Shown: piece by piece, positions 28,321-38,021 of the stretch
Position numbering within the stretch: the first letter of the stretch is position 1
Layout of the letters: each line of letters begins with the position of its first letter
Origin: Candidatus Omnitrophota bacterium
GTDB lineage: Bacteria > Omnitrophota > Gorgyraeia > Gygaellales > Profunditerraquicolaceae
Assembly (NCBI GenBank): GCA_023227985.1
Contig: JALOCB010000002.1
Coordinates: 10,956 to 74,955 of the forward strand
Direction: 5' to 3'
Length of the DNA: 64,000 bases
The notes under the pieces: model-generated
What the model was told of the DNA's origin: nothing
The model's database searches: none
What the model saw: the letters and a program-made list of their open reading frames with translations, nothing else
Program-made: the position numbers and the translations under genes

Positions 28321-30947
28321 ACGCAGACATCATCCGACAAAAATACCTGGATTTTTTTCGCAGCCGCAGGCATAAGGTGGCGGAAAGCGATTCGCTGGTC
28401 CCCAAAGAGGACCCTACGGTCTTATTCACTCCCGCCGGGATGAACCAGTTCAAGAAACAGTTCCTGGGGATGATCACGGATTTCAGCCGGGCAGCCAGTT
28501 CTCAGCGTTGCCTGCGCACCGATGATCTGGATAAGGTGGGCAAGACCGATTGCCACCATACCTTCTTCGAGATGCTCGGCAATTTTTCCTTCGGCGATTA
28601 TTTCAAAGAGGACGCGATAATCTGGGCCTGGGAGTTTTTGACCCGGGAGATGGGGATAAAACCGGAAAAGCTATGGGTCTCGGTTTATAAGGATGACGAC
28701 GAAGCGTATAACATCTGGAAGGATCGCGTGAATTTTCCGGCGAAAAAGATCGTCCGGTTAGGTGATAAGGAAAATTTCTGGCCTTCCGACGCCAAGGAAA
28801 AAGGGCCTAACGGGCCGTGCGGGCCGTGCTCCGAGATATTCTTTGACCTCGGAACGGATGTGGGATGTAAGAAGCCGGAATGTTCGCCTGCCTGCAGCTG
28901 CGGAAGGTTCATCGAGATATGGAACCTGGTATTTACCCAGTATAACCGCAAGGACAATGGGGCACTTGAGCCTTTGCCGCAGAAGAATATTGATACCGGG
29001 ATGGGCCTGGAAAGGATCGCCGCTGTAATGCAGGGGGTGACCAATAATTTCCAGACCGATCTGTTCCAGCCGATCATCAAAGAGGTTCTGGCCGGCGCGG
29101 AAAAAAGAGGGCACAGCAACCAGGATGTTTACGCCGTCGCCGACCATATCCGGGCGATAGTTTTTTCCATATTCGACGGGATCATCCCTTCGAATGAAGG
29201 AAGAGGATATGTCGTGCGCAAACTGATCCGCAAGAGCTCAATGCACCTGCGGACCATAGGTATCAAAGAGCCGTTCTTATACAAGCTTGTGCCCATAGTG
29301 GCGCAGGTAATGAAGGGCCATTGCCCGGAATTGACCGGCCGCAGGGAGAATATAGCGGATTTGGTCCTGGCGGAAGAGAAAAACTTCTGGGCGATACTTA
29401 AGTCCAGCGATAGATTTCTGAAAGAAAAATTCGGCCAATCTATGGCCCTTTTGGATCCGGCAATGAGCGCCGAAGCGGTCTTTGAGCTTTACGATACGCA
29501 CGGCCTGCCTTTTGAAATAATTATGGAATGGCTGGAAAAACACAGCTTTAAATTCCCCGCGAAGGCGCAGGAACTTCTGGATAAAAGGATCGAAGAACAG
29601 AAATCCCGTTCGAAATCCGGCTCAGCTATGCAGGGCGATGTTTTTAGCGTCAAGGAACTGGAATTGAAGGATGTCCCGGAAACTAAATTTCTGGGATATG
29701 AAAAGACAGAGACATCAGCCAGGATCCTGAAGATCCTGAAGGGTGATAAAGAGGTTAATGAGACCTCTGCCGGGGAAGATTTCCGGATCGTATTGGACCA
29801 GACAGCTTTTTACGCGGAATCCGGCGGCCAGGCAGGCGACAAAGGAAAGATCAACAGCAATGTAAATTCGTTTGAGGTTTTTGACACTCAAAAAGTCAAT
29901 AAAGTTATCGTGCATACCGGCAGGATCAAGCACGGTGTTTTGCGCAAAGGCGATACGGTTCAGGCTGAGGTGGATAAAGAAAGGCGAATGTCCATTGCCC
30001 GTAACCACACTGCCACGCATCTTCTCCAGGCGGCCCTGCGCAAGGTATTAGGGGCGCACGTCCAACAGCAGGGCTCTCTGGTGGCTGAAGACCGGCTGCG
30101 TTTTGATTTTACCCATTTTAAAGGGATATCCCGGGAAGAGCTTAACCGGGTCGAAGAGGTGGTGAATAGTTTTGTTATTTCCAACGCTCTGGTGGCCAAG
30201 AAAGAAATGACCCTGGAGGAAGCCAGGAAAGAAGGGGCGTTGGCTTTTTTCGCCGAGAAATATGAGGAATCGGTGCGGGTGGTTTCAGTGGACGGCATCT
30301 CCAAGGAATTCTGCGGGGGCACGCACCTGGATAATACCGCGACTATAGGCCTGTTCAAGATAATCCACGAGAGTTCCATTGCCAGCGGTATCCGCAGGAT
30401 TGAAGGCCTGACAGGAATTTTCGCCTACGCCAAACTCAAGGATGAGGAAGCAACTCTCAAGGAAGTAAGCGAGCTTTTGAAGGTCCCGGAGGATAAGCTG
30501 GTCGAGGAACTGGATAAACGCTTAAAATACATAAAAGAGCTGGAAAAACAATTGGTCGCCCATAGATTTAACGCGGTAAAGTCTTCAGTGGATGATTGGA
30601 TCGCCGAGGCGCAGATAATGAACGGGGTAAAGGTGCTCTGCAAGGAGATAGACGGCGCGGATAATGATCTTTTGCGCAAGGCAGCTGATCTGATCAAGCA
30701 GAAGGCGCCGAAAGTGGTTATGGCCCTGGGTTCAAAGAATTCATCCGGTGACGGAGCGGCTTTAGTCACAGCCTCGAACCTTCCGGCTGTTGACGCCGGG
30801 GCATTGATCAAAGAGATCGCGCCTGAGATAGGCGGTTCAGGGGGGGGGCGGAAGGATTTTGCTCAAGCTGGAGGGAATAAGCCGGAGAATCTGGAAAAGG
30901 CTTTTATTAAATTTGCCGGGTCAGTCGAGAAACTAATCGGGAAATAA
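28317..30947 (+). CDS. alaS: alanine--tRNA ligase
   Basis: 876 aa; class II motifs, FTPAGMNQFK, editing-domain HxxxH...CGGTH zinc motif, C-terminal DHHA1. Confidence 0.95.
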   Translation: MNADIIRQKYLDFFRSRRHKVAESDSLVPKEDPTVLFTPAGMNQFKKQFLGMITDFSRAASSQRCLRTDDLDKVGKTDCHHTFFEMLGNFSFGDYFKEDAIIWAWEFLTREMGIKPEKLWVSVYKDDDEAYNIWKDRVNFPAKKIVRLGDKENFWPSDAKEKGPNGPCGPCSEIFFDLGTDVGCKKPECSPACSCGRFIEIWNLVFTQYNRKDNGALEPLPQKNIDTGMGLERIAAVMQGVTNNFQTDLFQPIIKEVLAGAEKRGHSNQDVYAVADHIRAIVFSIFDGIIPSNEGRGYVVRKLIRKSSMHLRTIGIKEPFLYKLVPIVAQVMKGHCPELTGRRENIADLVLAEEKNFWAILKSSDRFLKEKFGQSMALLDPAMSAEAVFELYDTHGLPFEIIMEWLEKHSFKFPAKAQELLDKRIEEQKSRSKSGSAMQGDVFSVKELELKDVPETKFLGYEKTETSARILKILKGDKEVNETSAGEDFRIVLDQTAFYAESGGQAGDKGKINSNVNSFEVFDTQKVNKVIVHTGRIKHGVLRKGDTVQAEVDKERRMSIARNHTATHLLQAALRKVLGAHVQQQGSLVAEDRLRFDFTHFKGISREELNRVEEVVNSFVISNALVAKKEMTLEEARKEGALAFFAEKYEESVRVVSVDGISKEFCGGTHLDNTATIGLFKIIHESSIASGIRRIEGLTGIFAYAKLKDEEATLKEVSELLKVPEDKLVEELDKRLKYIKELEKQLVAHRFNAVKSSVDDWIAEAQIMNGVKVLCKEIDGADNDLLRKAADLIKQKAPKVVMALGSKNSSGDGAALVTASNLPAVDAGALIKEIAPEIGGSGGGRKDFAQAGGNKPENLEKAFIKFAGSVEKLIGK

Positions 30948-30949
30948 AA

Positions 30950-32176
30950 ATGAAGATAATCCGTTTTAACAGCAAGAAGCTGGAGAAGATCTATAACAGG
31001 GGTTTTTCCAGGTCCAAGCGAGTGGAGGAGAAGGTCCGGCAGATCATCGACGATGTGCGCACCTGCGGTGATGAGGCGGTATTGAAATATACCCGCAAGT
31101 TCGACCAGGTAAAGATGACCGTCAAGCAGCTCAGGGTCGCCCAGACCGAGTTGAGCGGCGCTTACCAGAACATCAGCCCGGATTTTGTCGCCAACCTGAA
31201 GATCATAATCGAGAATATCAACCGCTTTTACAGGAAGACCATTAAAAAGTCCTGGAAGATCTCAGCCGGCGACGGCTTGATACTGGGGGAGAATTATCAC
31301 CCGCTGGAAAAAGTCGGCATTTATATCCCGGCAGGCACGGCGCCTTTGGTTTCCACGGTATATATGTCGGTATTGCCGGCGAAGATCGCCGGTGTAAAAA
31401 ATATAGTGCTGATCAGCCCCCCGGATAAGAACGGTTATATCAATCCGCATATCCTGGTAGTGGCTGACCTGTTAAAGGTGGATGAGATCTACCGGGTCGG
31501 CGGAGCGCAGGGCGTTGCCGCTCTGGCTTACGGGACAAAGACAATCCCTAAGGTGGATAAGATCGTAGGCCCCGGGAATATGTATGTCTCCGAGGCAAAA
31601 CGCCAGGTCTTCGGCCAGGTGGATATCGATATGATCGCCGGGCCGACTGAGTTGGTGATTATCGCCAACCGTTTCAGCGATCCGAAGTATATAATCGCCG
31701 ACCTTAAGGCGCAGGGAGAGCATTCCGGCGGCCTGGCTATATTGATCACCAATTCCAAGTCCCTGGCCAAGGAAGTAAGATCGCAGCTTTTGAACGTCAA
31801 CGGGTTTATTATCCTGACCCAGAATCTGGCTCAGGCAGTGGAGATAACCAATAAGATAGCGCCCGAGCATCTGGAGATAATGGTCAAGAACCCGCGCAAG
31901 CTGGTCAAGGACATCAAGAACGCCGGAGCGATTTTTCTGGGGCCGTTCAGCCCCACGGCAGTAGGCGATTATGTAGCCGGCCCGAGCCACGTGCTTCCGA
32001 CCAACGGAACAGCGCGGTTTTTCTCCGGGCTTTCAGTGTGCGATTTCATCAAGAGCAGCCATATTATCAGTTATTCCAAGAAGGCCCTGGAAAATATTAA
32101 AGGCCCGTTGGAGAAAGTCGCGGCCATTGAGGGGTTAAGCCAGCATCTTGATTCGGTAAAGGTCAGGTTCGAATAA
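30950..32176 (+). CDS. hisD: histidinol dehydrogenase
   Basis: 408 aa; GPGNMYV and conserved His/Glu zinc ligands region. Confidence 0.9.
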   Translation: MKIIRFNSKKLEKIYNRGFSRSKRVEEKVRQIIDDVRTCGDEAVLKYTRKFDQVKMTVKQLRVAQTELSGAYQNISPDFVANLKIIIENINRFYRKTIKKSWKISAGDGLILGENYHPLEKVGIYIPAGTAPLVSTVYMSVLPAKIAGVKNIVLISPPDKNGYINPHILVVADLLKVDEIYRVGGAQGVAALAYGTKTIPKVDKIVGPGNMYVSEAKRQVFGQVDIDMIAGPTELVIIANRFSDPKYIIADLKAQGEHSGGLAILITNSKSLAKEVRSQLLNVNGFIILTQNLAQAVEITNKIAPEHLEIMVKNPRKLVKDIKNAGAIFLGPFSPTAVGDYVAGPSHVLPTNGTARFFSGLSVCDFIKSSHIISYSKKALENIKGPLEKVAAIEGLSQHLDSVKVRFE

Positions 32177-32188
32177 ACGGAGAAGAAT

Positions 32189-32797
32189 ATGAAAAAAAGG
32201 GCCGCAGTAATAAAAAGGAAGACCAGAGAGACCGATATTGCCGTTAAGCTGAATGTTGACGGCAGCGGGAAAAGCAAGATAAATACCGGGATCGGCTTCC
32301 TGGACCATATGCTCGAGCTATTCGCTTTTTGGGGATTGTTCGACCTGGAGATTTCCACCGGTAAATGCGATCTGAAAGTGGATATCCACCATACCAACGA
32401 GGATGTAGGCATCGTTCTGGGCCAGGCTTTCCGGAAGGCGCTGGCAGACAAAAAAGGGATCCGTCGCTTCGGCTATGCCGGCGTGCCTATGGAAGAGGTG
32501 GTGGGCAAGGTTGTGCTGGATATCAGCGGCAGGGGCTTCTTCGACATAAAAACCAGCATCGCGGGCACAAAATTCATACCTTCAGAAGGCTATCGCTTCG
32601 AATACGCCGGACATTTTTTTGACGGCTTGGCCAAGAACCTGGGAATGAACTTGAATGTACGCATAGAGTACGCTAACCGGGATCTTCACGCGGCTTTAGA
32701 GCCGGCATTCAAGGCTTTAGGCATTGCTTTAGACCAGGCCACTCAAATCGACCCGCGGAGAAAAGGTGTTCCTTCAACCAAGGGTGTAATAGATTAA
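32189..32797 (+). CDS. hisB: imidazoleglycerol-phosphate dehydratase
   Basis: 202 aa; GIGFLDHML and HHTNED metal-binding motifs. Confidence 0.9.
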   Translation: MKKRAAVIKRKTRETDIAVKLNVDGSGKSKINTGIGFLDHMLELFAFWGLFDLEISTGKCDLKVDIHHTNEDVGIVLGQAFRKALADKKGIRRFGYAGVPMEEVVGKVVLDISGRGFFDIKTSIAGTKFIPSEGYRFEYAGHFFDGLAKNLGMNLNVRIEYANRDLHAALEPAFKALGIALDQATQIDPRRKGVPSTKGVID

Positions 32798-32815
32798 GCG
32801 TAAATTCATGTAAGT

Positions 32816-32949
32816 TTAAGTCAGCGGAGGCTGTGTCACAAAGCGAGTTCCGCAGGCCGAAGGGCCGTACCGGACGTTCCTATAAATCCGGGTGCAGGCC
32901 GGGAGGCCGAGGATTGTTCGAGCGACGGACACAGCCGCAGATGACTTAA
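32816..32949 (-). repeat. family B MITE-like element (inverted orientation), hisB-hisH spacer
   Basis: TIRs TTAAGTCAGCGGAGGCTGTGTC ... GACACAGCCGCAGATGACTTAA; internal sequence is the reverse complement of the 45713 and 46924 copies. Confidence 0.7.
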
Positions 32950-32975
32950 TATTTTATAGAATCAGCAAAGAGAAT

Positions 32976-33584
32976 ATGATCGCGATAATCGATTACGGAA
33001 TGGGCAATATTCACAGCGTGAAGAAAGCGCTGGACGCTATGGGCGCCAAGACCGTAGTCACCAATAAAGCCGAGGATATCAAGAAAGCCGCTAAGGTAGT
33101 CCTTCCCGGCGTAGGCGCTTTCGGCGATGCTATGGCCGAGATAGAAAAACAGGGATTATCCGGCGCTGTTGAGGAGCATATAAAAGCGAAGAAGATATTC
33201 CTGGGCATATGTTTAGGGATGCATATGCTTTTTGACTCCAGCGAGGAATCGCCTAAGGCCAAAGGTTTGGGTATATTGCGGGGAACGGTAAAGAAGTTCG
33301 ACTTTACCCTCGGGCTGAAAATACCGCATATGGGATGGAACCAGATAAAGATCAGAAAGATGAATTGTCCGGTTTTTAATGGCCTGAAAGACGGCAGTTC
33401 GGTTTATTTCTGCCACTCTTATTATCCTCAGCCGGCCCAACAGGAGATTATAGCCGCTTCCACTGAATACGGCAGGGATTTTGCCTCGATCATCTGGCAG
33501 GATAATATATTCGCTATGCAGTTCCATCCGGAGAAAAGCCAGGCGGCAGGTTTGAAGATGCTGGAAAATTTTTTGAGAGCTTAA
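32976..33584 (+). CDS. hisH: imidazole glycerol phosphate synthase, glutamine amidotransferase subunit
   Basis: MIAIIDYGMGN start, catalytic GICLGMH, HPEKS; ORF-track start at 32892 rejected because it runs through a repeat element. Confidence 0.85.
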   Translation: MIAIIDYGMGNIHSVKKALDAMGAKTVVTNKAEDIKKAAKVVLPGVGAFGDAMAEIEKQGLSGAVEEHIKAKKIFLGICLGMHMLFDSSEESPKAKGLGILRGTVKKFDFTLGLKIPHMGWNQIKIRKMNCPVFNGLKDGSSVYFCHSYYPQPAQQEIIAASTEYGRDFASIIWQDNIFAMQFHPEKSQAAGLKMLENFLRA

Positions 33585-33590
33585 GGATAA

Positions 33591-34337
33591 ATGTTAATAA
33601 TACCGGCGATCGACTTAAAAGGCGGGAATGTGGTCAGGCTCTTCCAGGGCAAAGGGGAAGAGACCGTGTATTCGCGCAATCCGGTCGTTTTCGCCAGGCA
33701 CTGGCAGAAACAGGGGGCAGGGCTTATCCATGTGGTTGACCTGGACGGCGCGTTCAGCGGTAAGCCGCAGAACCTGGCCGCGGTGAAAAAGATCGTCGAG
33801 GCCGTGGATACCCCGATAGAGTTCGGCGGCGGCGTGCGCGATGAGAAGACCATCAAGGATATCTTCGCCATCGGTGTAAGCCGGATCGTGCTGGGTACCA
33901 GGGCGGTAGAGGACAGTCAATTCCTCAAGGATATGCTCGCAAAATACGCCGAAAAGATCATCGTCAGCATCGACGCCAAGAACGGCGTGGTTATGACCGA
34001 AGGATGGCAGTCAGCCAGCCAGGGTAAATTAGGCGCGATAGATTTTGCCAAAGCACTGGAAGATGCGGGTTTTAAGCAGGTAATTTACACCGATACATCC
34101 AAAGACGGGACTTTAAGAGGCCCGGATATTGGCGGTATAGCTCAGATCCTGAAAGATACAGGACTGAATGTTGTCGCTTCCGGGGGCATATCCTGCCTTG
34201 AGGACCTGAACAAGCTTTACAGCCTTGATCCGAAAAGGGTCTGCGGGGTGATTATCGGCAAGGCTTTGTACGAAGAGAAATTCACTTTAAAAGAGGCGAT
34301 AAAATTAACCGGGGGAAGCCTGCAGGATGCAGGCTGA
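33591..34337 (+). CDS. hisA: 1-(5-phosphoribosyl)-5-[(5-phosphoribosylamino)methylideneamino]imidazole-4-carboxamide isomerase
   Basis: 248 aa; MLIIPAIDLKGG start, (beta/alpha)8 HisA/HisF family. Confidence 0.85.
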   Translation: MLIIPAIDLKGGNVVRLFQGKGEETVYSRNPVVFARHWQKQGAGLIHVVDLDGAFSGKPQNLAAVKKIVEAVDTPIEFGGGVRDEKTIKDIFAIGVSRIVLGTRAVEDSQFLKDMLAKYAEKIIVSIDAKNGVVMTEGWQSASQGKLGAIDFAKALEDAGFKQVIYTDTSKDGTLRGPDIGGIAQILKDTGLNVVASGGISCLEDLNKLYSLDPKRVCGVIIGKALYEEKFTLKEAIKLTGGSLQDAG

Positions 34338-34359
34338 GCTCAAATTTGAGGAGGTTCGG

Positions 34360-34812
34360 ATGAAGGCAGGGGTCTTGGTTATAAGCGGGATATTCCTGGT
34401 TTGCTTGAGCGGATGCGCGACTATGAGCAATAAAAGCCGGTTGGATATGGAAGCCTTACAAGACAGGGTAAGCGGCCTGGAGTTGCAGCTTCAGCAGAAG
34501 ACCGCCGAAGTGGGCAGTTTAAGGATAGCCTTGGCTAAAAAGACCGAGGAAGTTGCTTTGGCCCGGCAGGCCAAGGAACCTCAGTCTTTTTCGAAAGAGG
34601 ATGTTGGCAAGCCTTCGGTGAAGCAGATACAAAGGGCTTTGAAGAACGCCGGTTTTAATCCCGGCCCGGTTGACGGCCGCAGAGGCACCCAGACCAGGCT
34701 GGCGATAAAAGAATTTCAGAAGGTGAACAATCTTACTGCCGACGGCAAAGTCGGGAAGCTGACTTGGTCCGTGTTGGAACCGTATTTGAACAAAGAAGCG
34801 TCTAACGAATAA
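34360..34812 (+). CDS. lipoprotein with peptidoglycan-binding (PG_binding_1-like) domain
   Basis: Signal peptide with lipobox LSGC; coiled-coil segment; C-terminal VKQIQRALKNAGFNPGPVDGRRGTQTRLAIKEFQKVNNLTADGKVG PG-binding repeat; GAGGAGG SD before ATG 34360. Confidence 0.6.
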   Translation: MKAGVLVISGIFLVCLSGCATMSNKSRLDMEALQDRVSGLELQLQQKTAEVGSLRIALAKKTEEVALARQAKEPQSFSKEDVGKPSVKQIQRALKNAGFNPGPVDGRRGTQTRLAIKEFQKVNNLTADGKVGKLTWSVLEPYLNKEASNE

Positions 34813-34833
34813 TCCGTACAACAGTAATAAAAT

Positions 34834-35619
34834 ATGCTGAATAAAAGGATCATCCCCTGCCTGGATATTAAAGACGGCCGGGTGGTAAAAGGGGTAAAGT
34901 TTTTAGGATTAAAAGACGCCGGAGACCCGGTCGAGGTCGCCAAGCTCTATGACCGGCAAAGAGCGGATGAGTTGGTTTTTCTGGATATAACCGCCAGTTT
35001 TGAAAAAAGAAAGACACTGGTAAAGCTGGTCCGGGAGATCGCCGGGAATATCTTTATGCCTTTTACCGTAGGCGGAGGGATAAGCGATACAACCGATATC
35101 CGCAACTTGCTTAATGCCGGGGCGGATAAGGTTTCGCTGAACACCGCGGCGGTAAAATTCCCGGAATTGATCTCCGATAGCTCTAAAAAATTCGGCAACC
35201 AGTGCATTGTGGTGGCCATTGACGCGAAGAAGACTTATAATGACCTGGGGTCAGCGGATTTCTACTGGCAGGTTTTCATCAACGGCGGAAGGACGCCTAC
35301 AGAGCTTGACGCGGTAGAGTGGGCGGCGGAGGCCGCAAGGCTGGGAGCGGGAGAGATCCTTCTGACCAGCATGGATTGCGACGGGACCAAGGATGGTTAT
35401 GACCTGGGATTGACCAAAGCCGTAGCGGAAAAAGTGAATATCCCGGTGATCGCCTCGGGCGGCGCCGGCAAGGTCGAGCATTTTTACAATGTATTAACTG
35501 AAGGAAAGGCTGACGCGGCTTTGGCCGCATCGCTTTTTCACTACGGTGAACTTTCCGTGAAACAGGTTAAAGAATACCTGGATAAAAAAGGAGTGCCTGT
35601 CCGTTATGAAGAAGACTAA
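34834..35619 (+). CDS. hisF: imidazole glycerol phosphate synthase cyclase subunit
   Basis: 261 aa; [15 protein letters not shown] start, typical HisF barrel. Confidence 0.9.
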   Translation: MLNKRIIPCLDIKDGRVVKGVKFLGLKDAGDPVEVAKLYDRQRADELVFLDITASFEKRKTLVKLVREIAGNIFMPFTVGGGISDTTDIRNLLNAGADKVSLNTAAVKFPELISDSSKKFGNQCIVVAIDAKKTYNDLGSADFYWQVFINGGRTPTELDAVEWAAEAARLGAGEILLTSMDCDGTKDGYDLGLTKAVAEKVNIPVIASGGAGKVEHFYNVLTEGKADAALAASLFHYGELSVKQVKEYLDKKGVPVRYEED

Positions 35620-35938
35620 GTTTAGCGTGAGATCTTTGAAGTTCGATAAGAAGGGGCTTATTCCGGCGATCATTCAGGATTATAAAAAGAACGATGTCCT
35701 GATGCTGGCGTATATGAACGCTGAATCGGTAAAAAGGACCATTAAGCTGGGAAAGACCTGTTTCTGGTCGAGGTCGCGCAAGGAATACTGGGTCAAGGGC
35801 GAGACTTCCGGCAATTTCCAGTTTGTTAAGTCGCTCGCCTATGACTGCGATATGGACGCGTTATTGATCAAGGTGCGCCAGGTAGGCGTCGCCTGCCATA
35901 CCGGGAACCGCTCGTGTTTTTACAGAAAGGCTGTTTAA
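35606..35938 (+). CDS. hisI: phosphoribosyl-AMP cyclohydrolase
   Basis: 110 aa; GLIPAIIQD...[20 protein letters not shown] motif; no fused HisE portion. Confidence 0.85.
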   Translation: MKKTKFSVRSLKFDKKGLIPAIIQDYKKNDVLMLAYMNAESVKRTIKLGKTCFWSRSRKEYWVKGETSGNFQFVKSLAYDCDMDALLIKVRQVGVACHTGNRSCFYRKAV

Positions 35939-35939
35939 A

Positions 35940-37436
35940 TTGTATCAACCGTCTTTAAAAGAATTCCTGAAATTATCGGCTAAGTCCAATGTGATCCCGG
36001 TTTACAAAGAGATCAGCGCTGACCTGGATACCCCGGTATCGAGTTTCCTCAAACTTAAGAAGGACGATTACGCGTTCCTGCTGGAATCCGTGGAAGGGCA
36101 GGAAAAGATCGCCAGGTATTCTTTTTTGGGAAGCCGGCCCAGCCTTGTCTTCAAGTCCAAAGGCAAAGTAGTCGAGATGATCGGCCAGAACAATGAGAAA
36201 GCCTCGCGCCGGTTCATAACCGCGATTGACCCGGTAGGCGAGATGGCTCGGATCATGAAGGGCTTTGTCCCCGCTCAGGTAAAAGGCCTGCCTCGGTTTT
36301 ACGGCGGATTTGTGGGGTATATGGGCTATGATATGGTCAGGTTCTTTGAGAAGATCCCGGACAAGAACCCGGCTGATTTCGATTACCCGGATTCATTATT
36401 CATCCTTACCGACACGATCCTGGCTTTTGACCATATAAATCACACGATCAAGATCATCGCCAACTGCCTTTTGCCGAGATCCGGATCCGGGGCCAAGCTT
36501 TCCATCTCCCAAAGAAAACGCATCTACGGCCAGGCAATAAGAAAGATCGAGCGGCTGCAGAAGGATTTTGAGGCGCCTTTAACGGTTAAGCCGGAAAAAG
36601 AGCGGGAGAAACGCAAAAAGATAAAAATAACATCTAATTTTGCGAAATCGGGATTTTGTGGTATAGTTAATAAAGCCAAAGAGCACATAAGAAGAGGCGA
36701 TATCATTCAGGTAGTGCTTTCGCAGAGGTTTCAGGCTCAGATCGAGAGGGAGCCTTTTAATATTTACCGTTCTTTGAGGAGTTCCAATCCTTCGCCGTAT
36801 ATGTTCTACTTGAAACTCGGCGATATCACCTTGATCGGCTCTTCCCCGGAATTGCTGGTCCGCTGCGAGGACGGGGTCATCCAGACCCGGCCGATCGCCG
36901 GCACCCGAAAAAGAGGATCTACCGAAGCTGAGGATAAGAAGCTGGCGCGGGAGCTTTTGAACGACCCGAAGGAAAAGGCCGAGCATTTGATGCTGGTTGA
37001 CCTTGGCAGGAACGACCTGGGCAGGGTGGCGAAACTCGGGAGCGTCAAGGTCAACGAGTTCATGAAGGTGGAGAAATATTCCCACGTTATGCACCTGGTC
37101 AGCGATGTGACTGCCTTGCTGGACAAAAAATACAATAGTTTCGACGTTTTAAGGGCCTGTTTCCCGGCCGGGACCTTGAGCGGCGCTCCCAAGGTCAGGG
37201 CGATGGAGATAATCGAGGAGCTGGAAAATTCCCGCCGCGGCACGTACGCCGGATGCGTGGGGTATTTCAGCTTTTCCGGGAACCTGGATACCGGGATCAC
37301 TATCCGGACGATCTGCGTCAAGGGCAAGACCGCGTATATCCAGGCCGGAGCCGGCATAGTCGCGGATTCGGTCCCGCAGAAAGAATACACGGAGACCGTG
37401 AACAAAGCAAAAGCTTTAATGGAAGCGATCATTTAA
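35940..37436 (+). CDS. anthranilate synthase component I / aminodeoxychorismate synthase component I (TrpE/PabB family)
   Basis: 498 aa chorismate-binding enzyme (PIAGTRKRG, GAGIVADS); no adjacent amidotransferase partner, so TrpE versus PabB not resolved. Confidence 0.75.
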   Translation: MYQPSLKEFLKLSAKSNVIPVYKEISADLDTPVSSFLKLKKDDYAFLLESVEGQEKIARYSFLGSRPSLVFKSKGKVVEMIGQNNEKASRRFITAIDPVGEMARIMKGFVPAQVKGLPRFYGGFVGYMGYDMVRFFEKIPDKNPADFDYPDSLFILTDTILAFDHINHTIKIIANCLLPRSGSGAKLSISQRKRIYGQAIRKIERLQKDFEAPLTVKPEKEREKRKKIKITSNFAKSGFCGIVNKAKEHIRRGDIIQVVLSQRFQAQIEREPFNIYRSLRSSNPSPYMFYLKLGDITLIGSSPELLVRCEDGVIQTRPIAGTRKRGSTEAEDKKLARELLNDPKEKAEHLMLVDLGRNDLGRVAKLGSVKVNEFMKVEKYSHVMHLVSDVTALLDKKYNSFDVLRACFPAGTLSGAPKVRAMEIIEELENSRRGTYAGCVGYFSFSGNLDTGITIRTICVKGKTAYIQAGAGIVADSVPQKEYTETVNKAKALMEAII

Positions 37437-37455
37437 TAACAAAAAAGGAGAGAAA

Positions 37456-37713
37456 ATGGCAGTACGCATACGTATGAGAAGGATCGGGAAAAATCCGATA
37501 AAGAAGCCGCATTTCCGTATTTCAGTTTTTGACGAGCGCACGACCCGCGACGGCAGGTTTATCGAAGAGCTGGGTTTTTACAACCCGGTATCCAAAGCCG
37601 TCAAAGTCGATGAGGCCCGTATCGCTTACTGGGTAAGCAAAGGCGCGAAGCTAACGCCCAGCGTTGTCAACGCCATCAAAAGGTCAAAGTTAACCGCAAA
37701 GAAGGAGGGATAA
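37456..37713 (+). CDS. rpsP: 30S ribosomal protein S16
   Basis: 85 aa; MAVRIRMRRIGKNPIKKPHFRI. Confidence 0.9.
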   Translation: MAVRIRMRRIGKNPIKKPHFRISVFDERTTRDGRFIEELGFYNPVSKAVKVDEARIAYWVSKGAKLTPSVVNAIKRSKLTAKKEG

Positions 37714-37714
37714 G

Positions 37715-38020
37715 ATGCCCCCGCAAACAGCTCAGTCAGGTTCATTGATCAGCGGCATTCTGCCTTTCGTTTTGGTGATCGGCATCTTTTATTTTATGGT
37801 GATCCGGCCGCAGAAAGCGGAGCAGAAGAAACATCAGCAGATGCTTGAAGCTTTGGGAAAGAACGACGAGGTTGTCACTTCCGGCGGCGTCCACGGCACC
37901 GTGGTCGCAGTCAAGGATAAAGTGGTCACCCTTCGGGTCGATGAGAACGTGAAGATCGATGTGGAAAAGAACTGCGTGGCGCGCGTGGTCAAGAAACAAA
38001 GCGCCAATCAGGGGAATTAA
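37715..38020 (+). CDS. yajC: preprotein translocase subunit YajC
   Basis: 101 aa; single TM then VIRPQ...GDEVVTSGG motif; upstream of secDF. Confidence 0.8.
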   Translation: MPPQTAQSGSLISGILPFVLVIGIFYFMVIRPQKAEQKKHQQMLEALGKNDEVVTSGGVHGTVVAVKDKVVTLRVDENVKIDVEKNCVARVVKKQSANQGN

Positions 38021-38021
38021 G

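Noticed and set aside
30839-30848. G10 homopolymer inside alaS
   Set aside because: It encodes the in-frame Gly-rich linker GGSGGGRK of an essential gene, so it is unlikely to be a phase-variation switch. I noted it only as a possible sequencing-error hotspot.
32892-32975. N-terminal extension of hisH (ORF-track start 32892)
   Set aside because: The extension is encoded by a family B repeat element. The conserved HisH N-terminus (MIAIIDYGMGN) starts at ATG 32976.
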